From: Centruroides vittatus
Lineage: Eukaryota
DNA: 64,000 nucleotides
Direction of reading: 5' to 3'
Assembly (NCBI RefSeq): GCF_030686945.1
Contig: NW_027122708.1
Span: 5,738,248-5,802,247, forward strand
Made by a program: the position numbers and the translations under genes. The notes below the pieces were generated by a model that saw only the letters and a list, made by a program, of their open reading frames with translations, ran no database searches and had not been told where the DNA came from. Positions 1 to 10,384 of the stretch are shown here, one piece after another (the stretch's first letter is position 1; each line of letters starts with the position of its first letter).

Positions 1-128
1 TGACTGGTTGTTCGTTCTGTACGCTCCTTTTGTGCTCTTTTATTCTTTCTTTTAATGACCTTCTTGTAGCTCCAATGTAGTACAGTTCTTTTTTCCGCCT
101 CTCATCTTGTACGGGTATTCTGTAAATT

Positions 129-910
129 TCAGGAATAAGGCTCTGGTCTATAGGTTTCTTGTCTGTACATAGCATCTGGTATATTGTTGGATTCCTTTTG
201 AAAACTGTCTTTTTGTTTGTTGCTGCTCCTATTTCTTTGTAAATATTGCTTAAGGGTGCCATGTATTGTATCACTGTGCAATCTATTTTTCTCCGTTCTA
301 CCTTCATTATTGACTTTTCTTGTTTTATTGATTAAAGCCTTTATTTTATTCTGATTGACTCCAACATGCCATGCTAGCTCTTTGATGTGTTCTAATTCTT
401 TACATCTGTCCTGCACTTTGCTGCAATGTGTGTATGCTCTTTTTATAAGTGTCCTGAAAGCTGCCAATTTATAACTTGCTGGGTCATGGGAGGTCCATGG
501 TATTAACAACAGATTATAAGTTGGCTTTCTGTAAACTTTAGTATTGATTTCCCCTCCTTTTTCTACTCCTATTGATATATCTAGGAAGTGTATCTTTTGA
601 TTATTCTCTTGTTCTAGCTCGAGCTCTAGGCCATACTTATTATCATTGACGTCTCTGAGAAATTGTTGTATGTCTGGTTTTTCTTTCCATATGATCAAGA
701 GGTCATCAACATATTGTGCATATGATAACATATGCACTTCGTATTTCTTTAAGATGGAATTCTCTAATGTCCTTAGTACCATCTTACATAGTGCTCCAGA
801 TACAGGACTTCCCATTGCCACTCCTCTATGTTGAGTGTATGTTATATCATTAAAATTGAAGACTGATGAATATGTAGCTAGATGTGCCAGTTCCAGTATC
901 TGCTTTCTTA
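129..910 (-). CDS. Penelope-like element (PLE) reverse transcriptase, C-terminal fragment (motif B VAMGSPVSG, motif C YVDD, thumb YRKPT..IPWTSHDP)
   Basis: ORF 129..821 contains QYVDDLLIIW and GSPVSGALCKMVL. The frame stays open upstream to 910, right up to the inserted inverted-repeat element. The YVDD catalytic motif and the YRKPTxxxLLxxxSxHP thumb are typical of PLE RTs. Confidence 0.6.
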
Positions 911-912
911 TC

Positions 913-1313
913 TTGTAAAGTACTATTTTTAGTATCTTAGGAAACTGACACTAACTGCGGCAGGTAAAACTTCCGTTAACCTAACGGGTACTTTACGCGG
1001 ATTCGAGATTAGTTTGCCAGGCCTGGGCTTTTACGCGTGCACCGAAAATATTAGTAAGAATAACGACAAATATCAAGTCAAAGCAAAAGTTTCAAATATA
1101 TTTAATTAGTAAATAGAATTTACTATGTACAATTGTCTATAATCCAAAACAAAATTTATTAACGAAAATCAACAAGTCAACCAGACAATAAAACTCAGCT
1201 ACATAGCTTAACTTAATCTTAATTCCCCTTTGAAAATTCGACAAATCAAATACTTAGGAACTATGAACAGAATCTCTTACGAACTAAACGTCTATCCGTC
1301 ACCTCACTATACT
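913..1313. repeat. Left terminal inverted repeat of the gag-only element
   Basis: Reverse-complement match to 2751..3152 with only about 6 mismatches over ~400 bp. ORFs 1230..1469(+) and 2634..2834(-) share the identical N-terminus MKIRQIKYLGTMNRISYELNVYPSPHYT because both read out of the repeat. Confidence 0.85.
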
Positions 1314-1494
1314 AGGAACCTGTTTCCTCAATCTTTTCGCTATCGTCAAATCGAATTCCTCTTTAACACCTTGGATCGCCTAATTCTCAATCTGGACATC
1401 GACCAGGAATCACCTCACTCTGGAATTCACCTCTTTACAGTAAGTAACAGAAAAAAAAAAATTAGATGAAAGTGCACCAGTAACCCGTGCTGAA

Positions 1495-2397
1495 TTGAAC
1501 CAGCACCAACAGCAATTGTCTGTCTTATTACAACAAGTGTCAACCTTGAGTAACGCAGTAACACACTTAACGTCTTATGTTACGAATGGAATTTCCGAGC
1601 CTACAACACCGAACGTTACTAGTGCTGTACGGCCCGAGGTGTCAATGCCAAGGCAAGATGTGCCTTCAGCGCCAAATACATCCATGGTTTGGCTGCAAAC
1701 AGCTCCGCCACCACCGGAGATACAATTTAACGGTAGGTCAAATATAACTGCATCCGATTTCTTGCAGGACCTCGAACAATATTTTTAAGTTAACCAAGTA
1801 CCTAGCGCTCGATTGGTGGATACTGCCGCCAGCCGTCTCTGCGGCAGCCCAGCGATGTGGTGGAAAAACGATGGCCGCCACAGAATTGGCTCCAGTTGGC
1901 CTTTATTTAAACAATCTTTTTTGGACTTGTATTCCCCTCTAGCAGACGAAATAGCCGTCGCCCGAGAACTTTTCAGCCGTCACTACACCGGCAACAACAA
2001 TGTAGAACAATTTATATGGACCACCGTACAACTATATCGCACTTGGTGACCTCTCGCACAAGAAGAGGAAATAATACAATGCATCGTTGCCCAGATGCCG
2101 TTACCACTTTGGGAGTATTTAGAAAATAGACGATCACACACTCTGAATGAACTAGTACGCACTGCTAAAGAGTACGAATTCCGCCGAAGTGGAAGTAAGC
2201 CTTCTGATGGTACCAGTTCCAGTCAGACCCACGTAAGTAAACCTCCTAAACCAAAATCTTCTACTCCAGCAAGACCAGCTGTGACATGTTATTCGTGCAG
2301 AGAAACTGGTCATTTCTCACGCGCTTACCCTAAAGGAAGACAACAAACAGTACAGACCAACAACAAAACATTTAAGACTCCAGGGTCCACTACTTGA
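1495..2397 (+). pseudogene. Retroelement Gag-like coding region split over three frames, with a degenerate CCHC knuckle
   Basis: ORFs 1495..1788, 1813..2049 and 2095..2397 read FNGRSNITASDFLQDLEQYF, ...AMWW..SWPLFKQSF..ELFSRHYTGNNNVEQFIW and ...CYSCRETGHFSRAYPKG. These resemble the retrotransposon gag (PF03732-like) pattern followed by a CX2CX4H zinc-knuckle remnant. Frameshifts lie between the three ORFs. Confidence 0.5.
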
Positions 2398-2750
2398 CTA
2401 AAGATGGCCATGACGAGAAGACAAATGTCGTTAAACTAGACGGGAGACAGCGAGAGGAGGACCCTGTCTCCAAACCAATAGGAAAAATTTTGGGATTAAA
2501 CTGCTCCCTAGTCACGCCAATTAAAATAGCGTGAACAATAATCAGTAACCTTGGATCGCGTGCGAATCTGTCAACATTCCCCAAAGTGTAAAGTAAATAT
2601 TTAAGATAACTTTAAGCGATCAACGAGTTGCTCTTACTTATGTAAAGGAAAACAAAAAAAAACTTTGTATGGGATGATTTGGTTGTGATTCTGGCAGCAA
2701 CTGTATAGAAAGGCACAATTGGAGAAGCAGAGTTGGAAATTTGGAAGTAA

Positions 2751-3152
2751 AGTATAGTGAGGTGACGGATAGACATTTAGTTCGTAAGAGATTCTGTTCA
2801 TAGTTCCTAAGTATTTGATTTGTCGAATTTTCAAAGGGGAATTAAGATTAAGTTAAGCTATGTAGCTGAGTTTTATTGTCGGGTTGACTTGTTGATTTTC
2901 GTTAATAAATTTTGTTTTGGATTATAGACAATTGTACATAGTAAATTCTATTTACTAATTATATATATTTGGAAACTTTTGCTTTGACTTGATATTTGTC
3001 GTTATTCTTACTAATATTTTCGGTGCACGCGTAAAAGCCCAGGCCTGGCAAACTAATCTCGAATCCGCGTAAAGTACCCGTTAGGTTAACGGAAGTTTTA
3101 CCGGCCGCAGTTAGTGTCGGTTTCCTAAGATACTAAAAATAGTACTTTACAA
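2751..3152. repeat. Right terminal inverted repeat of the gag-only element
   Basis: Reverse-complement match to 913..1313. Confidence 0.85.
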
Positions 3153-3498
3153 TCTTTGTTATATTTTCAATTTTGTTCAATAAGAAGTCTCTCAGATGGC
3201 AAAAGCATGGCTCAAGTTTAATTGAGGGGTATAAAGCCTTGAAATCTAGTACTGCCATATAACTTTTTTCTTTTAATTTCAAATTTTTCATTTTCTGGAG
3301 CAATTCTAGTGGCTGTTTTATGCTGTATTTGTGTGGAGGCATGTGAGCATTAATGAAACCTTTGAGTATCCATTCTAGAATTATCATTGGTGAGCAGCAT
3401 TTATCAACTACTGGCCTTATGTTTCTTTCCGGTTTGTGTGTCTTGGCAAACCCAAATAGTCTTGGAACTGATGGGGAGGGAACTACTATCTTCTTCAC
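3153..3498 (-). CDS. PLE reverse transcriptase N-terminal fragment (PRLFGFAKTHKP..IRPVV; motif A LDFKALYPSI)
   Basis: ORF 3133..3498 has its last 6 codons and the stop contributed by the inserted element. PxLYGLPKxHK...RPIV-like and hhDhxxxF motifs are present. It lies on the same strand and in reading-frame continuity with 129..910 once 913..3152 is removed. Confidence 0.55.
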
Positions 3499-4376
3499 CA
3501 GAGTTCTTTTGCTAGGGTTGTATTAGAAAAACGTGCTTGACTCCTTGCTTTTAACTACTCTAGTGCAGTCTTGCATTGCGTTTCCTTTATGTATCTTACT
3601 AAAAGCTCATTATATGTAGCTCTTTTCATTAATACCATGTCCTTCAACTTGGCAGCTCTTGTAAGCACTATATCATTTTCATTCATCCATTTTCTGCTTT
3701 CTCTTATATTTTTCCATATTGGGCTGCGGGTTGTTCTTGCGTATTTGGTCTTTATTTTGAATGCTGTTTTCCATCTGAATGTTTCTTTCTGAAGTTTGCT
3801 TAGCCCTACTATTGCTTGTTCTACATCAGGGATGATCTCTTCTTAGGTGAGTTTAGGCTGCAGAGTGTATTTTGGGCCGAATTTGCAGGCATAATGTTAT
3901 CCCAGCATATTATTGGTGCAGCATAAGACCACAGGGGGTGGCCTGTGGTCTTATGCTGCTCTGTTGCCGTGTTCTTATCCACTTAATTTTTTTCTCATAG
4001 TTTTTATGCATCCTTTCCATCACTTGATTCAATAAATTTACCACTCTGTTATTAATGTCTCCTAGTAAATTTGGATCTATTTCATACAGCTCATTTTCTA
4101 ATTCTACCAGTTTTTTCAACAAATATTTTCTGTGCTGTGTAGCATGAATAGCCTTTTTTAAGCATAATAATCTTTAATCTTGGGAGAAGTGAAGTGCAGG
4201 CATATTCTCCATATTGACACAGGGACTACGTTGCAATTTTTGAATTCCATTAAGAAGTTCAATTTGGCTTTTTTCTTACAAATCTTTAACCAATAACCAA
4301 TTTTACCAATTTTAACCAATAACCAATTTTAATTTTACCAATTTTTGATAAATTTTGGCCGGCATTGCCATTATAC

Positions 4377-5246
4377 ACTCTTCTCGAACTGCACTTACAA
4401 AAATAACTACACTTTACCAACCGTTAACATGCAGTCTATTTTATTAAAGTAATCTAACATTACAAAAAAACACTTACGTAAGAACCAGATAACCGGAGTG
4501 GTTGATATTAGGATCGCTAACGTTTTCGTAGCTCCATCTGGGCTCTTCTTCAGGCTTTGTAGTAATAAATATAAGCCGTATGTGTAAGCCGGTTATCTGG
4601 TTCTTACATAAGTGCGTTTTTGTATTGAATCCCGGTGTGTAAAGAAGATTGATTATATTCGAAATTCAACATACAGTTTATATTTCTTACTACAAAGCCT
4701 GAAGAAGAGCCCAGAAGGGCTACGAAAACATTAGCGACCCTAATATCAACCACTCTGGTTATCTGGTTCTTATGTAAGTGTGTTTTTGTATTGAATTCTG
4801 GTGTGTAAAGAAGATTGATTAATCTAACATTTTTGGTCAATTAATTGACCTTTGTCAGGATTGAACAATTTTTCAATTTATGATGAACGAAACCAATTAT
4901 AGAACATTTTTAACTTTAAAAGTTTTCTCAACACGTAATTCTTCATTATTATTAATTTTTATTTTTACTTTTATTTATATGTATAGTTAGTGTATGCATA
5001 TATTTGTACATTATCAGTCTGTAGATTCTATTTACCTATTTTCAGACTTTTGCAATAGGCATTGAGAAAACTTTTAAAGTTAAAAACGTTCTATAATCGG
5101 TTTCGTTCATCATAAATTGAAAAACTGTTTGATCCTGATGAAGGCCAATTAATTGACCAAAAACATTAGATTGCTTTAATAAAATAGACTGCATGTTAAA
5201 GGTTGGTGAAGTGTAGTTATTTTTATAAGTGCAGTTCGAGAAGAGT
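4377..5246. mobile_element. Composite foldback structure: outer ~70 bp inverted repeats, inner ~110 bp inverted repeats, and a nested hairpin-family element
   Basis: 4377..4450 is the reverse complement of 5175..5246. 4828..4935 is the reverse complement of 5050..5160. The left arm carries an extra 4470..4782 insert that is itself a hairpin repeat. Confidence 0.5.
4470..4782. repeat. Hairpin repeat family A copy (acacttacgtaagaaccagataaccggagtg...)
   Basis: Internal inverted halves 4470..4565 and 4687..4782, plus a direct repeat of gtgtttttgtattgaat..ggtgtgtaaagaagattgatta. Homologous to 49856..50029. Confidence 0.55.
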
Positions 5247-5631
5247 AACTATTTCATAACTTTCTTTATTATTTGAAACTGACATTTTCTGAATGTAGAC
5301 CATTTTATATCTCAAATGTTTTTGAGTATTCCTATTCATTTTTAAAAGATTTTAAAAAACTGATTCTAATAAAGCAAGAACTATGTAAATTTTACGCCAA
5401 ATTTAAAAAAATAAAATAAAACAAAACAAAACTATAACTTACCATTAGTTTTCCAGAGTAAGTTCCAACAATTAATCCAGTAAATTCTAAATGTTTAATT
5501 AATTCCAAACAAGTAACCGAATCACGGGTATTTATAAATTTCTTTTGATGGCATTCTATTTTAATAAATAATTTAATAATTATAATTTAACAGAAACTAA
5601 TTTCTATGTAATATTAAATATTAATGACTTA

Positions 5632-5662
<31 letters not shown>

Positions 5663-7128
5663 TATACAATAATACAATTATAATATTAATGGGTGGGCAT
5701 GTTCGACTGTCGAGGTTGCGAGTGACTTTTTCCGCCAACTTCTCATTTGCACAAAAAGTTACATATAAACTATTTTTGATTAAAAAAATATAACATACAA
5801 GTTCAAACTAATACTATTTGAGTGAAAATTAAAAATAACAAAATGTAATGATCTCCTGCGAAGCGTGGAAGACCTCCATTGACTCAAACTTGGATATAGA
5901 ATAAACAAACTCAACCAACTACTACAAACTCATCACAGATTATGGAACACACTCAAAAAATGGACTATAAGAAGAAGTAAAAGATTTTACGAACCAAAAT
6001 TTGAATCCACTTCTGCAAAGTTCTCAGTGCTCTACAGGATTATCATTATCAACAAGAATATCTACATAGCATTCATAGAATTCACCAGGAAGGCTCATGA
6101 GAAACTGAAGTTCAACCATTGGCTAGTGAAAACACCCACTAATAATCAAGACTAAAAAGCTGCATCCCCAGAAGGCATCTCTTCTTAGGACTTGGCTGTC
6201 AGCCTCAATCCGCCCACCGAGCATGGCTATCTATCTTTGTCATCCTTGCTGCCTGTTTTGTTCTGTCGGGCAGCTGCCAATTGGATTACGTATTGCTGGA
6301 AGGCATTGTTCTCTGTACTATGTATGCACAATCTATCATGACTCGGTCTCTTGTATGTAATCATAATTTCTCTTATATTTTTATTTGTACTTTTAGTATT
6401 ATTTACAACGTAATATCCCAATTTCTCTCTGTATTACCTACGGGTTTCTTTGTAAAACCATGGTTGTTTATGTACGTGATTACTTTTACCTTGTATAACT
6501 TGTACTGCCTGCATTTTTCTAGTGGTCCCTATCAACAAACCCTGGCAAGCACTTATGATCTCTCCTCTTCCTCCTTCCATCTTCCCTTTCTCCCTGCCCC
6601 TCTCCCCTAGGCACCCTCCCTCAGTAGTGTAGTAAGGGGGAAGCCCGGGACATGAAGGTAATAGTAACTACAGTCGACTCCACATAAGTTGACACCCCAG
6701 TGAGAAGTGAAAATGTGTCGAGTTATCCGATTTGATGACTAAAGCGAAGTTGGAAAAAAAACCACAAAACTACAATTAGGAAAATACAGTAGTGCATTAT
6801 ACAGTAGTATAGGCTTACAATACATTGTGTCCTCCATCTATAATTAAACTGTAGATGAAAAACTGAAAAATTCATTTAGTGTTGTTTTTTTGAGCACTTA
6901 ACTGTCTCGACTTTCTTTTTCAACGATCATGAACGCCTTTAAAACAATCTTTGCAATTGTCAATTGTTGGCAAGTAACGTCTAAGGATTCTTAATGCCTC
7001 TAGCGTAAGAAAATACAAAATTGGATTCTGGTGTGACGTTGATGTACATTGTATATTTTCTTTTTGTTTATCTGTTATTATTTTATACATAAAAATACAT
7101 AAAATGTTAAGGCAGTTTTATTAATATA

Positions 7129-7550
7129 CAGGTATACCTCAAGTTACGTCGCTCTCGAGTTGCGTCGTTCCCGATTATACGTCGTTTGTCAAAAAAGTAT
7201 ATGGAAAAATAAAAATCAAGTTTAAGTCAGTTTATTTGACTTTAAATCCGTCCGCCACAAACACTGAAGTTGTAATATCACTAGAAAAGCGTTAAAAGCA
7301 TATAAAATCATATTAAAATATGTACATTTACAGTAAATGTTAATATAATCATCATAAATCCTAGAGAACAAAACATGAAAACATCTGTGTTTCTGTGTTG
7401 TTGTCTTATTTAGCGGTCTTTAAGTGCTCATTATTGGCGCATAGTTACGACGTAAGTCAAAACTACGACTTACGTCGTAACTACACAAGTAAATTCGACT
7501 TACGTCGCCTCTCCTGGAACCAATTACCAACGTAAGACGAGGTATACCTG
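7129..7550. mobile_element. MITE with ~23 bp TIRs (caggtatacctcaagttacgtcg) and TA target-site duplication
   Basis: caggtatacctc begins at 7129 and gaggtatacctg ends at 7550. TA lies immediately outside both ends (7127-7128 and 7551-7552). No ORF; Stowaway/Tc1-mariner-like. Confidence 0.6.
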
Positions 7551-7559
7551 TATATATAT

Positions 7560-7593
<34 letters not shown>

Positions 7594-7660
7594 TTATTAA
7601 TAATATTAATATATTAAATATATTAATTATATATTAATAAATAAATAGACTCCCCCTCCT
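7551..7660. repeat. (AT)n / AT-rich microsatellite
   Basis: tatatatataatatatatat... run immediately 3' of the MITE at 7129..7550. Confidence 0.85.
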
Positions 7661-8853
7661 GAAAAAAATGAGTTCACACCACACGTGCGGAGTGAATTCA
7701 TTTTTTCAGGAGGGGATGACGACTTATCGGAGTGTGGGACTTATCCAGTGGTGACGAGTTAAACCAGAGTTTTTTTAACATTAATGCCTATGTAAGTCGG
7801 CTGGGACCACAGAAAATGACTACTTAACCAATGGTGTCGAGTTATCCGGGTGACGACTTATGCAGAGTCGACTGTATTTGTAATATATTATAGATATTTT
7901 AAGGTAGGTACTACATTCTATTATTATTTGTATTATATTCTTATTACAAGTAAATTCTATATATTTTATTACTATATGTGTTTCTGGATCAGGGAGGAAG
8001 GCGCCAATAAAGTGTCATGCTCCGGGCACCAGTTATGTTCACTATGTCACTGCCCTCCCTCCTCCTTTCACTATGGCTATGTTCTGTGAGGACGGCCACA
8101 TTACCTTTCCTTCCTATTCCTATTCATATCCACATGAAGTTCTGTGAATAGTTCTCAATCAGATTTAATAGTTTTCAAGAACTATAACAATATAACTTTG
8201 CTTTTTATGATATAACTTTTCTGTAAGTGTTATACTATACTTTATGAATATTTGGAATGTAACCATTATATTTTGTAACTTATCAAAGATATATATTTGA
8301 TCATCAAATTTATCATAATATTAAGAATGAAAAGTATGAACATATAATATAACCAAGGCTGGAATTTTAATCAGCTTAAATCTAATCAACTGGGTTATAC
8401 TTAAACTATAATAATTAAATTAAAGAATTTATTTCTCTTTAGACCAAATCTGTTAGCTTAATCATCTTTATTATAGCCTGAAAATAGTCAAAGGCTTAAA
8501 TAACCTTAGCTAAATGATCATCATAATGAATCGTTTGGTGATTGTTTGGCTTTGATTAAAAACATCAGGCTTTGAGATGTTTATATATTTAAATAACCTT
8601 AATTAGATGAGCTTAAGGTAATAAAATTCAAAAAATTGTAGTTAGAATATATTTTACTTAATTACGAACTGAAAAAGATAATTACTTGTTTTTATATTAA
8701 TAATGAGCACTTCTTCATTTTTAAATCCAATTGCAATATGTTCTGGAGATAAGAAATTTAAATACTGGGCCTCCTTAACTTTCTCCTTTAAAATAATGTG
8801 ACCACTATGATAAGACCATACCTATAAAAAAAATATATGTATATGTTAGGCTC

Positions 8854-10384
8854 AAAGAATGAAAATGCTCACTGAGCAAAAAAAAAAAAAACATCCACAA
8901 TATGAAATTCACGTCGTGGCACTTGTAAAAACAGCCACAATGCATTGTGACTAACTTAAAAAGACCACAAAGCAAAATTCGAATTGTGGCTTTCATGATA
9001 TTTGACCACTACATGTTCTGATGATTAAGAAAAGCCACATTCTGAACATTAGCTGATGCAACCACGATAGAGGGTGATACGACACATAACGGTTTGTAAC
9101 TTTAAAATATGGTTTCTAGCCTTGAAACATTTTTATTTCTAATTTTTAATGCTGAACAATATTTTAGTTCTATAAATGTTTTTAGAAATTTAATTTTCAT
9201 ACTAAAAAAAATTTCAAAGAAATAAAATGTATGGAGAAAAAATACACATTTGGTTTTTTTTTGTTTGCTTAAAAGTGCTAAAGGTCAAACTACATGAACT
9301 AGTAGGTGCTTGATGTACTCTACACAATGAATAAAAATCAGCTGCTAAAGTTAAAAACCACTGTGAGACGGATTTATTATGGTTAAAAGCCACCACAAGT
9401 TCTGAACATTAACTAAGATCAAGGTGATAATGAAAAAGAAAGTTTTAATTTCTTATCATGATTTATTTATCTTCAATCATCTTATATAAGTAGGTAACAA
9501 AATTATTCACCACAAATAGAAATGTAACTTGGTTACTTTTCAACAACATTTAATCATTCATGAAAATCTGTTGCAGTGCTTGAGATGTCAAGATTCTCAA
9601 GCAACTAATTTACTAAAAATAATTATTTTGTTAGGAACTTTTATTAATAAATAAGTCTTTTTTATGAGAATCAAGAATGTTGCAGAATTATTTATTTTTA
9701 GAAGAACTATTACCATGCCATTTTGAGCTGCATTTTATGTTCTTTGAGTGACATTTGCATTTTTATCAATACAGTATCTTTTACAGTGACACATTATAAA
9801 CCCTTGCTCACTTCCAGATGTTAACATGGATGCTGAGCAAAGTTGAGGTATGTTCTGAACGTTAATAAAGTTACTCACAGAAATTGTAAATTCATTACAA
9901 GCATAAAGTCAATCAAGAAGTCTTTCTTTGTTTCCTAACTGATGGAGACCTGACGGATTAATGCTCATAACAGCTAAAACATTTCAGGGAGCTGCACATC
10001 CCCTATTAACATCAGGCACCCTAACTAAAACATTCAAACCAATTTCAACTGCAGGAAATTTTGAGTTGGATAGCGAAATCATTTTGTCCACCTGTTTCTC
10101 TAGGTCAGATTTGGCAAATTCTCTCTAGCATTGATACTATTCTTTCTTAAACAGAGCTTACAAGTAATCCCTCATTCATGTTGCTTTCTCTGCAGATAAC
10201 ATGAACATATTCATGACACTCTGAACACTTGAGCGCCTGAGGTTTCATTTTGCTTTGTGCTCTTTTTGAGTTAGTCCAACGCATTGTAGCTTTTTTTACA
10301 AGTGCCGCAATGCATTATCGATGATTTAAAGAAACCACAATACATTGTGGATGTTTTTTTGCTCAATGAGCATTTTCATTCTTT
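8854..10384. mobile_element. ~1.5 kb non-coding element with ~45 bp TIRs and subterminal CCACAA/TTGTGG repeats
   Basis: 8854..8905 (aaagaatgaaaatgctcactgagcaaaaaaa..catccacaat) matches the reverse complement of 10330..10384. ccacaa/ttgtgg motifs recur at least 8 times within about 500 bp of the left end. Confidence 0.5.

Larger units (their letters stand above)
913..3152 (+). mobile_element. Gag-only element with ~400 bp terminal inverted repeats, inserted inside the PLE RT ORF (possibly a DIRS-like non-autonomous derivative)
   Basis: 913..1313 and 2751..3152 are reverse complements at about 98% identity. The interior 1314..2750 carries gag-like ORFs. A 2-bp direct repeat, tc, flanks the element at 911-912 and 3153-3154. 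Confidence 0.65.
6670..7875. mobile_element. Non-coding element bounded by ~25 bp imperfect TIRs (acagtcgactc..cataagt), with subterminal gagttatccg repeats
   Basis: 6670..6697 matches the reverse complement of 7847..7875. gagttatccg recurs at 6720, 7838 and, partially, 7756. It contains a nested MITE, an AT microsatellite and a hairpin at 7656..7720. Confidence 0.4.

Noticed and set aside
1230-1469. Two ORFs sharing the identical N-terminus MKIRQIKYLGTMNRISYELNVYPSPHYT (1230..1469 plus strand and 2634..2834 minus strand) as a duplicated gene
   Set aside because: Both read out of the two arms of the 400 bp terminal inverted repeat and diverge as soon as they leave it. They are an artefact of the repeat, not a gene pair.
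3571-3792. ORF-track entries in AT-rich, low-complexity sequence, for example 3571..3792, 7850..8089, 22471..22665, 35665..35889 and 56255..56722
   Set aside because: The translations are dominated by F, I, L, Y and K repeats and lack motifs or conserved spacing. These open frames are expected by chance at 70% AT. Several overlap identified repeats.
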